This document shows, one piece after another, positions 10,628 through 21,870 of a stretch of DNA of 64,000 bases. Position 1 is the stretch's first letter; every line of letters starts with the position of its first letter. A program made the translations under genes and the position numbers. Origin of the DNA: Trueperaceae bacterium (GTDB taxonomy: Bacteria > Deinococcota > Deinococci > Deinococcales > Trueperaceae); NCBI GenBank assembly GCA_965215565.1, contig CBDCDZ010000004.1, positions 608,001-672,000 of the forward strand. Reading direction: 5' to 3'. The notes beneath the pieces are model-generated. The model searched no databases. It saw only the letters and a program-made list of their open reading frames with translations, and was not told the origin of the DNA.

Positions 10628-10991
10628 TTATACGGATTCCGATTGATTACTGCATAAACTCCGACGCTTCGCGCTTCTACGGAGTCGGAGTTGATTCCGT
10701 CCCTTTCAGGGGTACTTCGTGAAGCTCATCGGAATCCGTACTTTTTCATCTCGCAAGACCCTCAGCGAGAGGTATCGTTCTCCCGGAGGAGGGCTACGCA
10801 AACGGGCAGGCACAGGTGAACGCTGAAAGCGATGCGAGCGTTGCTCGTAACCTGACCCTGCCGTTGCATCTTTCAATCTACGCGCGTAGATAACGGTTCA
10901 GTGTGCAGTCGCGTGGACCGCTCCCGTTAGCTGCTGAGGACTCTTCTCCGCTCGGGGTAATTCCTACGGGAATTACCCGGAAACCGTATTA
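10628..10991. repeat. Repeat family A, copy 2, with a different nested insert
   Basis: TTA-TACGGATTCC...GGAAACCGTA-TTA; insert of about 190 bp at the same internal site as copy 1. Confidence 0.85.
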
Positions 10992-11088
10992 TGCACGCAT
11001 GATACCGTGAACTCCTACAGAGGCGCAGCTACGCTTGCTATACTCTCTATTATCATGAATCCGATTCTCATCTCAAGAGGGGTGTCAC

Positions 11089-12303
11089 GTGGCAAGGCTT
11101 AAAAAGATTCTGAGTCAGTTCTTGCTCGGCTTGGAGCGAGACTTTCACACCTTTCGCCGCGAGTTCAACCGCTTCCGGCGCGACCGCCCCTTCGACATCG
11201 TGCCGTATCTCTCGTACGGTTCGGCGGAGCGCATCTACCTCAAGGGGCGCGTAATGAAGGATAAAAGCCTCGCCGTCGTGACGCCCGACACCCCGCGGTG
11301 GCGCAATTTCGTCAACACCTATAAGCGTTTTGTGAACGACAAGGTGCCCAACGCCCGCCTAGAAATCGACTTCGCGGGGCGCAAGCACGAGGTCACGACG
11401 GACTCTAAAGGCTACTACGAAACTTGGCTCGAGCCCCCACCCAGCTTTCCCCCGCAGGACGACTGGTACGAGGTCAGCCTCACCCTCTTAGAGCCGCGCC
11501 GGGAGGACATGCCGCTGGCGAACGCGACGGGCTCGGTTCTCATCCCCTCCGGCGACGCCGAGTTCGGCGTCATCAGCGACATGGACGACACCGTCATCCA
11601 GACCGACGTCACCAAATGGCTGCGCGTCATCGGCACAGTTCTATTCGGCAACGCCTACACGCGCTTGCCCTTCAAAGGCGTCGCGGCTTTTTACACTGCT
11701 CTGCAAAAGGGTACGCAACCTGGAAACAACCCGCTCTTCTACGTCTCCAGCAGCCCCTGGAACCTCTACGACCTCATCTTGCGCCTCCTTAAAATCGAAG
11801 ACATTCCACTGGGTCCTATCATGCTCCGCAACTGGCGCAGCGGCGGCGGCGAACTCTTCCCGAGCGAGCACGGCTCGTTCAAGAAGGGTGAGGTGCAGCG
11901 CATCTTAGATACCTACAGCGACTTGCCCTTTATCCTGATCGGCGACTCGGGCGAGCAAGACCCCGAAATCTACAGCGACGTCGTGGCGAGCTATCCGGGA
12001 CGCATCTTGGCGGTCTACATCCGCAACGTCAGCGCGAACGAGACTAGGGAGACCTCGATCCGCGAACTTGCCGAGAACGTGCAGAGACACGGCAGCAAAC
12101 TCGTCCTCGCCGACGATACCTTGGCGGCTGCTAAACACGCCGCCGACGAGGGCTGGATTTTAGAGAGCGCCCTGCCCGACATCCGCGACCAAAAGACGAA
12201 GCACGACGCGCTTTTTGAAGAGCACGAGGAGACCGTCGCTACCGTCTTCGATACCTCATCCGACGCGCCCGACCTCTCGAAACCCGCCGAGGTGCAACCT
12301 TGA
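11089..12303 (+). CDS. App1/DUF2183 phosphatidate phosphatase-like protein
   Basis: ISDMDDT, YVSSSPWNLY and LIGDSGEQDPEIY motifs. Confidence 0.9.
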   Translation: MARLKKILSQFLLGLERDFHTFRREFNRFRRDRPFDIVPYLSYGSAERIYLKGRVMKDKSLAVVTPDTPRWRNFVNTYKRFVNDKVPNARLEIDFAGRKHEVTTDSKGYYETWLEPPPSFPPQDDWYEVSLTLLEPRREDMPLANATGSVLIPSGDAEFGVISDMDDTVIQTDVTKWLRVIGTVLFGNAYTRLPFKGVAAFYTALQKGTQPGNNPLFYVSSSPWNLYDLILRLLKIEDIPLGPIMLRNWRSGGGELFPSEHGSFKKGEVQRILDTYSDLPFILIGDSGEQDPEIYSDVVASYPGRILAVYIRNVSANETRETSIRELAENVQRHGSKLVLADDTLAAAKHAADEGWILESALPDIRDQKTKHDALFEEHEETVATVFDTSSDAPDLSKPAEVQP

Positions 12304-12528
12304 AGGGTGGTAAACTAGGGGCAATCTAAAAACGTGTTGGCGTTGCACGTTCACCGTAGAAAGGTGCGGGACTAACCTAAATTAGAGACGTTTGCGGTTC
12401 TCGTCTCGAGCGTAACTTCAGTGAAATAGTTTAGATTAGTTAGACCGGAGCACTTGGTACGGTAGCTTAAATAACGTCATCAAACCGAGAACACAGCGAT
12501 AACACGTAATGATTTAGTGGAGGGCAGT

Positions 12529-13644
12529 ATGGCACGCTGGACAAAAGCGATTCACAACCTGGAAACGCGCGTTGACCGCTTCCGCAACGAACTCAAAAAC
12601 CGCTACAGTGACGACCCCGTCACCGTGCAGCCTTACATCAGTTACGGCACGCAGGAGCGCTTCTATGTGAGGGGGCGCGTCTTGGAGGAAAAGGCGCTCT
12701 CTAAAGCCGACGCCGACGCTTCGGCGTGGGAGAACTTCTCGAGCGCCTGGAAGCGTTTTCGCAGCGAAGAGGTGCCCCTTGCCCGCGTCAAAGTTAGGTT
12801 TGGCGGACGCGAGCAAGAGACCATCACCGATGATGAGGGCTTTTTCTACCTCTGGTTGAACGCGCCCACCCCACTGCCCCCGAGCAACGACGGCTTCCAC
12901 CAAGTCGAGGTGGAACTCTTAGAACCGCTACGCGGCAGCACGCCACCTGAGATCGACACCTTGCCCGTCGCCGTGCCGCGCGGAAATGCGCAGTTCGGCA
13001 TCATCAGCGACATGGACGATACGGTGTTGCAAACCGGCGCAACGAACGCCATCGGCATGGCGAAAAAGGTGCTCTTCGGCAACGCCAGGACCCGCGTGCC
13101 CTTCGAAGGGGTCTCCGCGTTTTACGACGCCTTGCAGCACGAGCAAAATCCAATCTTTTATGTTTCTTCAAGTCCCTGGAACCTCTACGATTTGCTCATC
13201 GAATTTCTGGAGATCAACGACATTCCGGTAGGTCCTATCATGCTCCGCGACTGGGGCATCTCCCCTACCGAACTCCTGCCGACTTCACACAGCGGTCACA
13301 AGCGCGAAGCCATCGACCAGATTTTAGAGACCTACCCGGACTTGCCCTTTATCCTCATCGGCGACAGCGGACAAGAGGACCCCGAAATCTACAAGAGCGT
13401 CGTGCACGACTATCCGGGGCGCATCTTGGGCGTCTATATCCGCAGCGTGCACGAGGAGGAGGCGCGCGGCGAAAAGATTCAGGCGCTCGCCCAAGAGGTC
13501 GAGAAAGCAGGGAGCCACCTCGTCTTGGCCAAAGACACGCTAGAGGCGGCGGAGCACGCGGCGGGGCAAGGCTGGATCAGCATGGAGAGCATCGCGGAGG
13601 TGGGGCGCAGGAAGACTCGAGATGAGCAAGAGGTGCCGCTGTAG
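12529..13644 (+). CDS. App1/DUF2183 phosphatase-like protein, tandem paralogue
   Basis: Same motifs as the upstream copy; GGAGG precedes ATG at 12529. Confidence 0.9.
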   Translation: MARWTKAIHNLETRVDRFRNELKNRYSDDPVTVQPYISYGTQERFYVRGRVLEEKALSKADADASAWENFSSAWKRFRSEEVPLARVKVRFGGREQETITDDEGFFYLWLNAPTPLPPSNDGFHQVEVELLEPLRGSTPPEIDTLPVAVPRGNAQFGIISDMDDTVLQTGATNAIGMAKKVLFGNARTRVPFEGVSAFYDALQHEQNPIFYVSSSPWNLYDLLIEFLEINDIPVGPIMLRDWGISPTELLPTSHSGHKREAIDQILETYPDLPFILIGDSGQEDPEIYKSVVHDYPGRILGVYIRSVHEEEARGEKIQALAQEVEKAGSHLVLAKDTLEAAEHAAGQGWISMESIAEVGRRKTRDEQEVPL

Positions 13645-13669
13645 CGCGCCGAGCGGTTAAGATTAGCTC

Positions 13670-14428
13670 ATGCAAGGTGCTCCAGCAGAATTCACCTTAA
13701 CCGAGTCATACCTGAGCCAGCGGCGTAAGGTAGCGCGCTTGACGGTCATCTCGGTGACGGTTTTATGCGCCGTTCTCGGCGTCGTATCGCTCGTCACGTC
13801 TACTTTAGCCCTGCGAAGCGGTGCCCTTTTGCCCGGCGTAGTTTTTTTAGGCTTGAGCGCTGCCGCCCTCTTTCTCGTCTTCTCGAGCCGCAACCTCTAC
13901 AGCCGTTTAGTCGGAAACCTCGAGCAGCGCCGCGTCACGCTAGAGCGCAAACAGCTCGCAGACGCTACGGCTCAAAGGACTCGGAGCGTTGCGCTTAGAG
14001 ACATCAAGCGGCTCGAGGTCATAAGAGACCGTCAGGGCGCGTTGCTCGCGTTCAATGTACAAACAGAGACGAGCACGCTCACCTTTACGGGATTGGAAAA
14101 TATGGACGCGCTACTAGAGGCGCTCTCGGGTTTAAGTCACGTGGACGTGACGGAAGAGACCAAGTGGCTTCCCTTTAGGCACACCGAACTTCAATTCGCA
14201 TTCTATATCGGCGCGGGCGCACTTCTCCTAGCGCTCAGCGAGCTACTTGCGCCAGCGATGCGCCCATCGCTCTTCACGGTTGTGATTGTCGGTTGGTTTG
14301 TCGCTTTTGGAGTGCTCGAGCTACTCCAGAGCAGAGACGCCGACACGCAGTATCTCCGTGAAAAGCGGCGGGGCAGCTTTACGTACATTATTTTAGGGGT
14401 GCTTGTGCTGGGGCTCGAGTGGCTTTAG
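13670..14428 (+). CDS. Hypothetical membrane protein
   Basis: 252-aa ORF with about 5 hydrophobic segments. Confidence 0.65.
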   Translation: MQGAPAEFTLTESYLSQRRKVARLTVISVTVLCAVLGVVSLVTSTLALRSGALLPGVVFLGLSAAALFLVFSSRNLYSRLVGNLEQRRVTLERKQLADATAQRTRSVALRDIKRLEVIRDRQGALLAFNVQTETSTLTFTGLENMDALLEALSGLSHVDVTEETKWLPFRHTELQFAFYIGAGALLLALSELLAPAMRPSLFTVVIVGWFVAFGVLELLQSRDADTQYLREKRRGSFTYIILGVLVLGLEWL

Positions 14429-14557
14429 TTCTTGTTACACCGCAACTGTTACGCTGTAAATGGAGCAACCTACGAGCTTAGAACTTGTTGTTGCTCGAGC
14501 CCCCAGCAGACCAACCTCCCGAACACCCCGCACACTCGACTCTTGGTACAGTAAAGC

Positions 14558-15577
14558 ATGATTGAACGACTTCATCTCGCCAAACCGCGCGGCTTTTGCG
14601 CCGGGGTGGTCATGGCGATTCAGGCAGTGGAAGAGGCGGCGGACGAGTTGCGCGAACAGCGAGAGGGCTTAGCAGTCTATCACGCGATTGTCCACAATAA
14701 CACGGTGGTGGAGAGGCTCGAGGAGGGGCGCAGTGTGCAGTTCGTGGAGGACTTGGGGGAACTCGAGGGTGCACGAGCGAAAGCCGAAGCAGAGGGAAGA
14801 CAACTTGCGGACACGGTGGTCTTTAGCGCTCACGGCGTCAGCCCCAAGGTGCGCAGCGAGGCGGCCGCGTTAGGACTTGCTACGATTGACGCCACCTGCC
14901 CTCTAGTAACTAAAGTTCATTCCGAGTCGAAGAAGTACGCCCGCGAGGGCTACCATATCCTCTTGATCGGCGACTCAACGAAACACCAAGAGGTCATCGG
15001 CACGAAGGGCGAAGCACCCGAGGTGACGACAGTGGTGAGCGTCGTCGGCAACCGCAAACACGACCCCGCGCTCGCTGACCCGCACACTGTCAGCGTGCCC
15101 AACCCTGAAAAAGTCGTCGTGTTGACGCAAACGACGCTCTCGGTGGACGACGTGCGTAAAACCATCGACATCTTGAAAGAGCGCTTTCCCGCGCTCGTCA
15201 TCCCGCCCTCAGATGACCTTTGCTACGCGACGAAGAACCGTCAGGACGCGGTCAGGAGTATCGCGCCGCACGTGGACCTCTTCTTGGTTGTCACCAGCGA
15301 CTACTCGTCTAACGGGATGCGCCTCCTAGAACTCGCCCACGACCTCTCGGGTAACGCTAAGCGCATTGAAAGCGTGGCGGATATTGAGGAAGCGTGGTTC
15401 GAAGAGGTGCGCTCGGTAGGGATTACCTCGGCGGCCTCTACGCCTGACGATTTAGTGCAGGAGATAGTGGCGTTTTTTCGGGCGCAGAATGAAGCGTTGG
15501 AGCTTGTCGAGGAGGGTGAGTGGGAGAATATCACCTTTCGCAAGCCCAAGCGGGTACCTGCGCCAGTGGGTTCGTAA
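14558..15577 (+). CDS. ispH: 4-hydroxy-3-methylbut-2-enyl diphosphate reductase
   Basis: [32 protein letters not shown] and SSN motifs. Confidence 0.97.
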   Translation: MIERLHLAKPRGFCAGVVMAIQAVEEAADELREQREGLAVYHAIVHNNTVVERLEEGRSVQFVEDLGELEGARAKAEAEGRQLADTVVFSAHGVSPKVRSEAAALGLATIDATCPLVTKVHSESKKYAREGYHILLIGDSTKHQEVIGTKGEAPEVTTVVSVVGNRKHDPALADPHTVSVPNPEKVVVLTQTTLSVDDVRKTIDILKERFPALVIPPSDDLCYATKNRQDAVRSIAPHVDLFLVVTSDYSSNGMRLLELAHDLSGNAKRIESVADIEEAWFEEVRSVGITSAASTPDDLVQEIVAFFRAQNEALELVEEGEWENITFRKPKRVPAPVGS

Positions 15578-15594
15578 AAGCACGCAAATCATAG

Positions 15595-16329
15595 ATGAAT
15601 CCTGTCGAGAAATTTGACAAGTCTATTCAACAGTTTACTTTTTTGAAGTGGCGGTGGCATGTACATAAAATTGGCAGAGAATTTGCACCTACAAGAGTTG
15701 ATATTTGTAGTCTTATTTTTTGCCTCGGCTCTCTTGGTCTTTTAGCTTTACTGTTTCCAATTAGAGAACGTTTGTTCACAGAGAATGCCCTTTATATCTA
15801 TTTGTTTATCATTCTCGCTGTAAGTCTTACTCCAATAATGCTCGTTTACGTTCGCGCCTTGAAGCACTCCCTCAAACGCAAATATAACTTCGAGGACGCG
15901 CCGCTTAACTCTTTAGAGAGAAAAGTGAAACTCAAAATTCTCAAAGAAGAGCTGTTCGAAAACTCGAAGGAAAAAGATGAGATTGTTACCATTCTTGAGA
16001 ACTACGTAGAAAATTTGCTCTCTTATCCCGTCGGAGGAGTAATTCTTCGACATCCTCTATCTGTGACTACTATAGTTACTCTTCCAATCTCTTTTCTAGT
16101 GAGTTTGACAGTACTCGTTATTAGACTTGATAACGATACTAACTTGAACGATCTTTGGCAACTCACGAAACTTTTGTTTGTTCTTGTCTCTCTACTCTTG
16201 CTCGTTTTCCTAATGCTCAGTCCGATAGTGGACTACTTTGTGTTAGGAAGAAGGAGATTTCTCCAAGAGATGCGGGAACTACTCATCATGCTCGAGGCCG
16301 ACCTAAAAGCTAACAATGAAAATACTTAA
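15595..16329 (+). CDS. AT-rich hypothetical membrane protein
   Basis: 244-aa ORF with 4 TM segments; visibly lower GC than neighbours. Confidence 0.65.
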   Translation: MNPVEKFDKSIQQFTFLKWRWHVHKIGREFAPTRVDICSLIFCLGSLGLLALLFPIRERLFTENALYIYLFIILAVSLTPIMLVYVRALKHSLKRKYNFEDAPLNSLERKVKLKILKEELFENSKEKDEIVTILENYVENLLSYPVGGVILRHPLSVTTIVTLPISFLVSLTVLVIRLDNDTNLNDLWQLTKLLFVLVSLLLLVFLMLSPIVDYFVLGRRRFLQEMRELLIMLEADLKANNENT

Positions 16330-16428
16330 TTTAGGCTGGAAAACTTGACGGAAGATTGAACCCTCGAGCCCCTTCACAACTTTCAACCTAAAACGCATAC
16401 CTCTACCAAAACGGTATAACTAGGGCGA

Positions 16429-17115
16429 ATGGACGCGATGAACTCTCGAGCCCCCACCCTCAGCGTCCTCTACCTCTCTCTCCTCATCGTCTTCAACCAG
16501 TTCGCCTACCCCTTTACCGAAGTGGGCGGCGCGAGCGTCATCATCTATCAGTCAGGCTACGCGGCCATGTTTTTAGTCAGCGTCTTCATCCCCGAGGTGG
16601 GCCGTTTTCACGTCGTTTTGGCGGGGCTCACGGCGTTCGTCTTTTTTGGTTTTAGCCTCTTGTACGTTTTAGAACCTGAAGAGACGTGGCGCAACGCGGC
16701 TGTCTTTCTCTCGCTCATCCCCTTTCAAATCTCCGTCATCGTCGCTTTGTTCCGTCTAGTTTTCGGTAGACCCCGCGTCACCACCGAGGTTATCTACGCA
16801 GCGGTGAGTATCTACCTGCTTATCGGGGCGTGCTTCGTGCCGCTTTTTGGGACGCTCGAGACCTTCTCCCCCGGCTCATTTGTAGACACGCTCCACCCAA
16901 ATGAGGGCGCTGCGTGGCAGCAGCTTATCTACTTCAGCTACGTGAGCCTCACGACGCTAGGCTTTGGCGATATCTTGCCCGCGTCTTCCTGGGCGCGGTC
17001 ACTGGTGAGCTTAGAAGCGGTTATCGGCGTGCTCTACTTGGCGATTTTGATGGCGCGGTTAGTAGGTCTCTACGGGCAGCGGTGGTTGCCTGGTGAAGAC
17101 GCCGACGAGAATTAG
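16429..17115 (+). CDS. Potassium-channel-family (Ion_trans_2) membrane protein
   Basis: YFSYVSLTTLGFGD pore signature. Confidence 0.85.
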   Translation: MDAMNSRAPTLSVLYLSLLIVFNQFAYPFTEVGGASVIIYQSGYAAMFLVSVFIPEVGRFHVVLAGLTAFVFFGFSLLYVLEPEETWRNAAVFLSLIPFQISVIVALFRLVFGRPRVTTEVIYAAVSIYLLIGACFVPLFGTLETFSPGSFVDTLHPNEGAAWQQLIYFSYVSLTTLGFGDILPASSWARSLVSLEAVIGVLYLAILMARLVGLYGQRWLPGEDADEN

Positions 17116-17125
17116 TCACCGTGGA

Positions 17126-18331
17126 TTAGTCGCCGAGAGCCACCTCCGCAGCCTCCGCGTCGCCGCCCCAGCCAAACCAGACCCACAGCCCGTAGACCAT
17201 GTTGACCAATAAAAAGGCGAAGAGGAGCAGCAAGAACAAGACGGGGTTAAGTGCTGGCCCAATGCCGACGAGGAGCGCCGCACCCCCTGCCGCGACTTTG
17301 AGGAGCGGGCTGACGACGGGGTGGCTGGGCTCGCTCTCGGTGCGCACGAGGGTCAGCTCGAGCAGCGCCACGCTCATCATAGCCACCCCTAAAAATCCGC
17401 CAATGAGCCGCTGCACCTCACCGCTGAGTACACCCTCCGCCGCAATCACGTTCGTCACGCCCGCGCCGACGGCGGCCACCGCGATAACAAAGGGCAGGTG
17501 CAAGTAGCTCCATAGCACCGTCCAGCCGCCCTGCTTAGGACGCCGCCGTCCGATAAAGTCGAAGTAGAGCCACCAGAGTCCGAGGCCCAGAGCGACCCCT
17601 AATGCAGCGCTGACGAACTCGGACGCGCCAGAGCCCTCCGCCTCCGCCAGCCCGTTGACGACGCCTACGACCGTTTCCCCCAGCACGACGATGGTAAAGA
17701 GCCCGAAGCGCGTCGGCAAGCGAGCGGTGCTAAAGGCGGGCAGCTTGCGCTGTAAGGGAGCGGTCACGATAGGGGCGAGCAAATCGGTGACGAGCGCCGT
17801 CCCGAGCAAGACGAGGTTGAAGGGCGGCGCTACGAAGACGGACGCCACCACGAGCCCGACCGAGAGGCTAAAAGCGCTCACGTACCACCGTCCGGTCTGC
17901 CTAAACGCAGGCGAAGCCACCGTCGCCCAGCCCCACATGAGGGTGATGACCGCCCGCGCCGCCGCATAGGAGAGGGCGAAGCCCGTGTAAGTCGCGCCGA
18001 GCCCATCATGGGCGTAAACAGCCATACCAATCACAGGTAGCATCAGCGCGTAGAGGTAGAGCCGCATCTCGACGCCTTCGGTTTCGAAGCGCTCACCATA
18101 AAAGGTGTCGCCAATCCAGACCCACCACACCGGAATGAAGAGGAACAAAAAGGTGCGCACGCCCGCCGCGTCCGGGTGCGCGGTCAGATGATGGGCGAGT
18201 TCGGCGATGACGGCGACGAAGAAGAGGTCGAAGAAGAGGTCCAACCAGCCGACGCCCCGCGACTCGTCGCCGCTGTGAAGGGTGGGAGCTTGCCAAGCGC
18301 TGCGTCCGGGGTGCAATTTACTGTCAGCCAT
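17126..18331 (-). CDS. ltrA: Low temperature requirement protein A family
   Basis: WLDLFFDLFFV, RFGLFTIVVLGE, WWLYF and YLHLP motifs. Confidence 0.88.
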   Translation of the reverse strand: MADSKLHPGRSAWQAPTLHSGDESRGVGWLDLFFDLFFVAVIAELAHHLTAHPDAAGVRTFLFLFIPVWWVWIGDTFYGERFETEGVEMRLYLYALMLPVIGMAVYAHDGLGATYTGFALSYAAARAVITLMWGWATVASPAFRQTGRWYVSAFSLSVGLVVASVFVAPPFNLVLLGTALVTDLLAPIVTAPLQRKLPAFSTARLPTRFGLFTIVVLGETVVGVVNGLAEAEGSGASEFVSAALGVALGLGLWWLYFDFIGRRRPKQGGWTVLWSYLHLPFVIAVAAVGAGVTNVIAAEGVLSGEVQRLIGGFLGVAMMSVALLELTLVRTESEPSHPVVSPLLKVAAGGAALLVGIGPALNPVLFLLLLFAFLLVNMVYGLWVWFGWGGDAEAAEVALGD

Positions 18332-18412
18332 AGGTTCTCCAAAATGCGCCCCCGGTTTTTACTATGATACCCGAGTACACCTACCTCGGTCACGATTTAT
18401 TGGAGTCCCACC

Positions 18413-18994
18413 TCACAAGAGCCCTAACGCCCGCGCCCTGTTTACCGCCCCCATGCGGTCCCTTACTTCCAACTTGTTATAGACGCTCGCCAGGTACGTC
18501 TTGACCGTCTCCGGGCTAAGGTCCATGGCTTGCGCAATCGCTTTGTTGCTGCCGCCCGCGCCCAAGAGGTGGAGCACTTGCAACTCCCTGGGCGACAGCT
18601 CGGGCAAGGTCACGTCGGGCAACCAGTCGCGCCCCGGCTCGGACATCATCTTGGTGAGGCGCGCCGTCAGCTCGGCGGGGTCCGTCTCTTTGGAGAAAAA
18701 GCCTTGCGCGCCCGCGTCGCGCGCGGCTTGGACGACGGCTTCCTCCTCGAACGTCGTGAGCATGGCGACGAACACCTCGGGGACGCGCTCCCTAATCGCG
18801 CGGCAGGCGTCGATGCCGTTGCAGCGGGGCATCTTGACGTCTAAAAGGACGATATCCGGCTGGTGGATTTCGCTCTGCTCGATCGCTTCGACGCCATCCT
18901 CAGCTTGCCCCACCACCTCGAAGCCTTGCGCGGCTAGCGCGTAGGAGAGACCGACGCGAAAGAGCGGGTGGTCATCCGCTATAAGGATACGCAT
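18413..18994 (-). CDS. NarL/LuxR-family response regulator
   Basis: Receiver domain (ADDH, LLDVKMP) plus LuxR HTH (LSPRE...SNKAIA...SPETVK). Confidence 0.93.
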   Translation of the reverse strand: MRILIADDHPLFRVGLSYALAAQGFEVVGQAEDGVEAIEQSEIHQPDIVLLDVKMPRCNGIDACRAIRERVPEVFVAMLTTFEEEAVVQAARDAGAQGFFSKETDPAELTARLTKMMSEPGRDWLPDVTLPELSPRELQVLHLLGAGGSNKAIAQAMDLSPETVKTYLASVYNKLEVRDRMGAVNRARALGLL

Positions 18995-20070
18995 CCGGGT
19001 CCTCCCTCTTGCTGCAAGTAGACTAAGAGCACCGTGCCAGACGGTCCCGTGGTCTCCGTGACCAAGCGTCCGCCGTGCGCCTCGATAATGCGGCGGGCGA
19101 TGAAGAGCCCTAAGCCGCCCGTGCCAGCGGCGTAGCGCTTGCCCGCGATGTCGATGGGCTGGGCGTTAAAAGGTTGGGCGAGCTGCTCTAAAGCCGCGGG
19201 CAAACCAGGACCGTCATCACTGATGCGGATAACGCCGGGGAACAGCTCGAGCTTAATCTCACAGCTCGCGTAGCGCACCGCGTTCGAGACGAGGTTGTAG
19301 AGCGAGCGCTCCAGTTCCCGCGCGTCCACCTTCGCCCGCGCTTGTCCGCTAAACGCCACCTGAATCCCGCGCTCTTTCGCGAGCGGCTCCGCCCGGCGCA
19401 CCACCTCCCCTACAATCTCTTCTAAGTTGTGCGTCTGGCACTTGAGCGGCACGTCTTGGCGCTCGAACTTGTGCGCGTCCACCATCTTCTGCACCAAATC
19501 CACGAGGCGCATGTTCTCGTGCAAAATCTGATCGACTAAGTAGACGCGCTCTTTACGCGAGAGCGTGTCGTCGTCGCGAATGACCGCGAGCAGGTGGTTC
19601 GCGGCGACGAGGGGCGTTTTGAGGTCGTGCATGAGCGTTGCCAAAAAGGACGAGCGGCGCGACTGCTCCACAGTGACCTGTTGCAAGAGCGCGTCGAACG
19701 AAGCGCTGAGCGCGGAGACCTCTTGCGGCGCGCCCGCTTCGGTGACGAGCCTGACCCCGAGTCGGTCCGACTTGCGCTGCAACGCGCTGACTTGTGTGCC
19801 CAACCGGAAGAGCGGCGCGAGCAGTTGGCGCGAGAGGACGTAGCCGATACCCGCCGAGAGAACCGCCACAGCCACGAGCCAGAAGACGAGCAGGAACCAA
19901 AGCCGCGCCGCCTCCTCCGAGCTGTCATTCACGCGGGGGAGCAGCACCGCCAATACGGTGACGAGGTTCGGCAGAAACGAGAGCACGCCGATCACGAGCG
20001 CAACCTGCATCTTCAGGGTGGGAAACCGGGGCGTTTCGCGCTTTGGACCAGGGGGAGAAGGGGCGCTCAC
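18979..20070 (-). CDS. HAMP-domain sensor histidine kinase
   Basis: 2 TM segments, MHDLKTPL, NLVSNAVRY, DDGPG and GLGL; overlaps the response regulator start. Confidence 0.9.
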   Translation of the reverse strand: MSAPSPPGPKRETPRFPTLKMQVALVIGVLSFLPNLVTVLAVLLPRVNDSSEEAARLWFLLVFWLVAVAVLSAGIGYVLSRQLLAPLFRLGTQVSALQRKSDRLGVRLVTEAGAPQEVSALSASFDALLQQVTVEQSRRSSFLATLMHDLKTPLVAANHLLAVIRDDDTLSRKERVYLVDQILHENMRLVDLVQKMVDAHKFERQDVPLKCQTHNLEEIVGEVVRRAEPLAKERGIQVAFSGQARAKVDARELERSLYNLVSNAVRYASCEIKLELFPGVIRISDDGPGLPAALEQLAQPFNAQPIDIAGKRYAAGTGGLGLFIARRIIEAHGGRLVTETTGPSGTVLLVYLQQEGGPGCVSL

Positions 20071-20082
20071 CCCTTTTCTATA

Positions 20083-21870
20083 TCACTCCCCCGACGAGAG
20101 GACAGCCAAAAATGCCTCTTGCGGCACCTCGACGCTGCCGAGCTGCTTCATGCGCTCCTTGCCCTTTTTCTGCTTCTCCAGGAGCTTGCGCTTACGGGTG
20201 ATGTCGCCGCCGTAGCACTTCGCCGTGACGTCTTTGCGAAAGGCGCGCACGGTTGCCCGCGCCAAAATCTTGCCGCCGATCGCCGCTTGAATCGGCACGG
20301 CGAACATCTGCCGGGGAATGACCTCCGCCATCTTATCCACGATCTTGCGCCCGATGCCGTACGCTTTGTCGCGGTGCGCGATGATCGCTAAAGCGTCCAC
20401 CTTCTCCTCGTTGACTAAAACATCCACCTTGACGAGTTGACCGGGACGATACTCGAGCGGTTCATAATCCATCGAGGCGTAGCCGCGCGTTAAACTTTTT
20501 AAGCGGTCATGGAAGTCGTACAAGATTTCGCCGAAGGGAATCTCGTAGCGCAGCTCGACGCGCCGCCCGTGGTAGACCATGTTCTTCATATCGCCGCGCC
20601 GGTCTTGGAGGAGCCCCATCACGTTGCCGACGTACTCCTCAGGCACGTAGACGTTGAGCTTCACGAAGGGCTCTAAAATTCGCTCGACTTCGGTGGGCTC
20701 GGGCAGCTCGGCCGGGTTCTGAATGCGCATGGTGGAGCCGTCTGTCAGCTCGATCTCGTAAATCACAGCGGGCGCGGTGGCGATGAGCCCAAGATCGAAT
20801 TCGCGCTCCAACCGCGCCTGTACGATGTCTGCGTGCAGGAGACCCAGGAAGCCACAACGAAAGCCGAAGCCTAACGCCTCACTCGTTTCGGGCTCAAAAG
20901 TAAAAGCGGCGTCATTGAGCGAGAGCTTTTCTAGCGCCTCGCGCAAGCGGGGATAGTCCTCCGAGTCGGTGGGGTAGAGCCCCGAAAAGACCACGGGTTG
21001 CGCCGCCTTAAAGCCAGGGATGACGTTTTCGGTAGGCTTGCGCGCGTGCGTAATCGTGTCGCCTATCTGCGTGTCCTCGATATTTTTAATGCTCGCCGTA
21101 AGCCAGCCCACCTCGCCCGGACCGAGTTCGTGTGCGACAGCTAAGCTCGGCTCAAAAAACCCGACCTTATCCACCTCGAAGGTCTTGCCCGTCGAGACGA
21201 TCTTAATTTCATCGCCCTTCTTGACAGTTCCGTCCAAGACGCGGAAGAAGGGGATGACCCCTTGGTACGAGTCGTACACAGCGTCGAAGATGAGACACGA
21301 GAGCGGCGCGTCCCTGTTGCCAGCAGGCGGCGGCAAATGCTCCACGATGGCTTCTAAAATCGCCTCGACGTTCTCGCCCGTCTTCGCCGAAACCGCCACC
21401 GCGAAGTCGCCGGGGATACCTACGACTTCCTCGAGTTCGGCAATCGCACCCTCCACGTCAGCGTTCGGCAAGTCGATTTTGTTGACGATAGGCAGCACGT
21501 CCAGACCGTTGTCCACCGCCAGATACGCATTCTGGATGGTCTGCGCCTCGACCCCTTGCGAAGCGTCGATGACCAAGAGGACGCCCTCGCAGGCGCGCAG
21601 CGCGCGTGAGACCTCATAGTTAAAGTCCACGTGACCGGGCGTGTCGATGAGGTTGAACATGTAGCGCTCGCCATTTTTCGCCTGATAATAGAGCCGCATC
21701 GGGCTCGCCTTGATGGTGATGCCGCGCTCGCGCTCCAACTCCAAGGTGTCCAACATCTGGTCACGGCGGTTGCGCTCGCTGACACTCTGGGTCAGCTCTA
21801 AAATTCTGTCGGCCAAAGTTGACTTGCCGTGGTCTACGTGCGCGATGATCGAGAAGTTGCGGATTTCCAT
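20083..21870 (-). CDS. lepA: Elongation factor 4 (LepA)
   Basis: [28 protein letters not shown] and [14 protein letters not shown]; start at the ATG just downstream of TACAAT. Confidence 0.98.
   Translation of the reverse strand: MEIRNFSIIAHVDHGKSTLADRILELTQSVSERNRRDQMLDTLELERERGITIKASPMRLYYQAKNGERYMFNLIDTPGHVDFNYEVSRALRACEGVLLVIDASQGVEAQTIQNAYLAVDNGLDVLPIVNKIDLPNADVEGAIAELEEVVGIPGDFAVAVSAKTGENVEAILEAIVEHLPPPAGNRDAPLSCLIFDAVYDSYQGVIPFFRVLDGTVKKGDEIKIVSTGKTFEVDKVGFFEPSLAVAHELGPGEVGWLTASIKNIEDTQIGDTITHARKPTENVIPGFKAAQPVVFSGLYPTDSEDYPRLREALEKLSLNDAAFTFEPETSEALGFGFRCGFLGLLHADIVQARLEREFDLGLIATAPAVIYEIELTDGSTMRIQNPAELPEPTEVERILEPFVKLNVYVPEEYVGNVMGLLQDRRGDMKNMVYHGRRVELRYEIPFGEILYDFHDRLKSLTRGYASMDYEPLEYRPGQLVKVDVLVNEEKVDALAIIAHRDKAYGIGRKIVDKMAEVIPRQMFAVPIQAAIGGKILARATVRAFRKDVTAKCYGGDITRKRKLLEKQKKGKERMKQLGSVEVPQEAFLAVLSSGE

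Noticed and set aside
19594..20391. Long antisense or overlapping ORFs (also 27878-28552, 56841-57578, 25288-25860)
   Set aside because: Shadow ORFs of GC-rich genes with no protein-like signature
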